In this document: positions 62,592 through 64,000 of the stretch, piece after piece
Layout of the letters: each line of letters opens with the position of its first letter
How positions within the stretch are numbered: the stretch's first letter is position 1
DNA from: Escherichia phage ZX4221
Length of the DNA stretch: 64,000 bases
Sequence record: OR498728.1
Reading direction: 5' to 3' (one strand)
Notes under the pieces: generated by a model
Told to the model about the DNA's origin: nothing
The model's database searches: none
The model's input: only the letters and a program-made list of their open reading frames with translations
Program-made: the position numbers and the translations under genes

Positions 62592-62657
62592 ATTGTCAAT
62601 CAACGGGGAGGGAATGACCTTCCCCACTAAGTAAAGTCCTAAACTGGAGATTCAAAA
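62566..62657 (+). promoter_or_regulatory. intergenic cassette type B: promoter TTGACG-17-TAAATT + leader hairpin + RBS
   Basis: -35 62566-62571 (inside 3' end of upstream gene), -10 62589-62594, hairpin 62605-62625. Confidence 0.6.
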
Positions 62658-62906
62658 ATGGCAACTATCCGCGCAATTGTAAATTCTTATGGCTGCTACA
62701 CTCTGGACGTTAAATTTGATATAGGTGGGACTGATGAGTGTTTCGAACTGGTGAAGACAGTCATTAAACAAGTTATCCCAGACTATAACCCTACTGATGA
62801 CTTCTGGAAAGATGCAGTAAAAGAGGCGCTGAACGATGAATATCATTACCATTATTGGGGTGATTTGATTGTCTCCCTGTACTACAATAAACAAGGTTGC
62901 AACTAA
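62658..62906 (+). CDS. small early protein (hypothetical)
   Basis: 82 aa. Confidence 0.45.
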   Translation: MATIRAIVNSYGCYTLDVKFDIGGTDECFELVKTVIKQVIPDYNPTDDFWKDAVKEALNDEYHYHYWGDLIVSLYYNKQGCN

Positions 62907-62915
62907 TCGACGCAA

Positions 62916-62995
62916 CGGGGCTAAATAGCCCCAGATACCTTTACAGCCCCTTTATATAGATTCGATAGAGTCTATCTCATAGGGGCTTTTTTACG
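62916..62995 (+). terminator. compound hairpin/terminator at end of small-gene cluster
   Basis: GGGGCTAAATAGCCCC, then CCCCTTTATATAG...CTCATAGGGGC followed by TTTTTT. Confidence 0.45.
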
Positions 62996-63399
62996 TCCTA
63001 TCAAATCCCTTATACAACCCTTTCCCTTTCCTTTCCAGAATCTTACTAGACCTTAAAAAGCAATAACTCTATAGCTTACTCTATAGCCTTTTATTAAATC
63101 AACTTAAATATAAGCCCATAACCCGAAAGGGAAGGGCAACCATTAATTGGTATTGTTACCAATCCCTTAAACGCTCTATAAAGCCCTATAACGGCCTTAT
63201 TAACCTAACTTAAGGGATTGCATTACCTCACTCTAAAAAGCCCTTTATAGAGCTTTCTAGAGCCTTAAAAGAATCTTATAAGGGTGTGAGCTTTATCATC
63301 TCGTTAGAATTCTTGTGAATAACTAAACAACCCCTTGATAGTCACTAAAAAGTGTGTTATAGGGGCTTTAAAGTTACTTTGAAGTAGCTTAAAAGTTAC

Positions 63400-63990
63400 G
63401 TAAATGCTAGCCCCCTTAACATTTTCTTAACAATTTCTTAACAACCCCTACATAGTTATGCTTTTAAGGCACTTGTTAGCAACTTGTTAGCCCCTTGTTA
63501 AATATCTGTTAAGACCACGTAAAAGCCTTGTAAGAGTCTTTAGCATAGCCTTTAAAGCCTCTGTAAAGCCCTATAAAGAGGTGTTTGTATAGTTGGGGTG
63601 TAATTACTAGGAAGAGACTTAAAAGAGCTTACAAAGAGCTATAGAGAGCTTTTAAGAGGGCTATTTAGAGAATCACTAAGAGGGAAAGGGAACGATAAGA
63701 AAAGAGATAGTGACCATGTTAATAGCTTGTTAAAAAGATTAAACACTTGTTAGGAACTTGTTAATTATCTTAACAAAATAACTCTTAAAAATTAACTTGT
63801 TAGCTCTTGTTAGTCATCTGTTAAGACTCTGTAAAGTCTATGTATCAACTGTTAAGAACTTGTTACACCCTTGTTAGTTCTGTTAAGAATCTGTTAAGAC
63901 CTCTGAAGAGATGTTAAGAGGATGTAGTAGCTGTTAAGAGATTGTTAAGGATATTTTAAAATTCTGCAAAGTACTTGTAAGGGAGCTGTT
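63400..63990. repeat. dense array of degenerate heptamer repeats (CTTGTTAG / CTGTTAAG / TTGTAAG)
   Basis: about 20 copies in about 590 bp; no ORF of 60 aa or more on either strand from 62916 to 64000. Confidence 0.6.
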
Positions 63991-64000
63991 AAGGGCTACC

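Noticed and set aside
57003-62657. Possibility that the regularly repeated about 88 bp elements are a CRISPR array
   Set aside because: Repeats are far longer than CRISPR repeats, occur in two families, and the intervening sequences are protein-coding genes of very different lengths.

Overview
This 64 kb window reads as a contiguous piece of a virulent, contractile-tailed dsDNA phage genome (AT-rich, tightly packed genes, no rRNA, tRNA or CRISPR seen). All calls are from reading the ORF translations and the DNA by eye; no database search was run. Layout: (1) 86-16025 plus strand, tail morphogenesis: sheath, tube, chaperone pair with a likely -1 frameshift, tape measure, baseplate, and two tail fibres sharing a His-rich C-terminal tip. 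(2) 16061-26992 minus strand: thymidylate synthase, DHFR, small Zn-ribbon/HTH/secreted proteins, DNA ligase and a family A DNA polymerase, plus a two-gene cassette bracketed by unusual repeat-rich non-coding blocks. (3) 27250-56281 plus strand, replication and nucleotide metabolism: dNMP kinase, primase-helicase, SSB, RNase H-like nuclease, aerobic NrdAB-NrdH and anaerobic NrdDG reductases, an adjacent PRPP-synthetase-like and NAMPT-like pair, rIIA/rIIB-like proteins, lytic transglycosylase, overlapped spanin-like pair and a macrodomain protein. (4) 56282-62915: an iteron-like non-coding region, then about 15 small genes each preceded by a conserved promoter, leader hairpin and ribosome-binding cassette. 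(5) 62916-64000: about 1.1 kb of repeat-dense non-coding DNA. The most interesting candidates are the NAD-salvage-like pair, the small early-gene cluster with its repeated cassettes, and the repeat-flanked cassette at 20045-21090. The gene content resembles Felix O1-like myoviruses, but that is a guess from memory.
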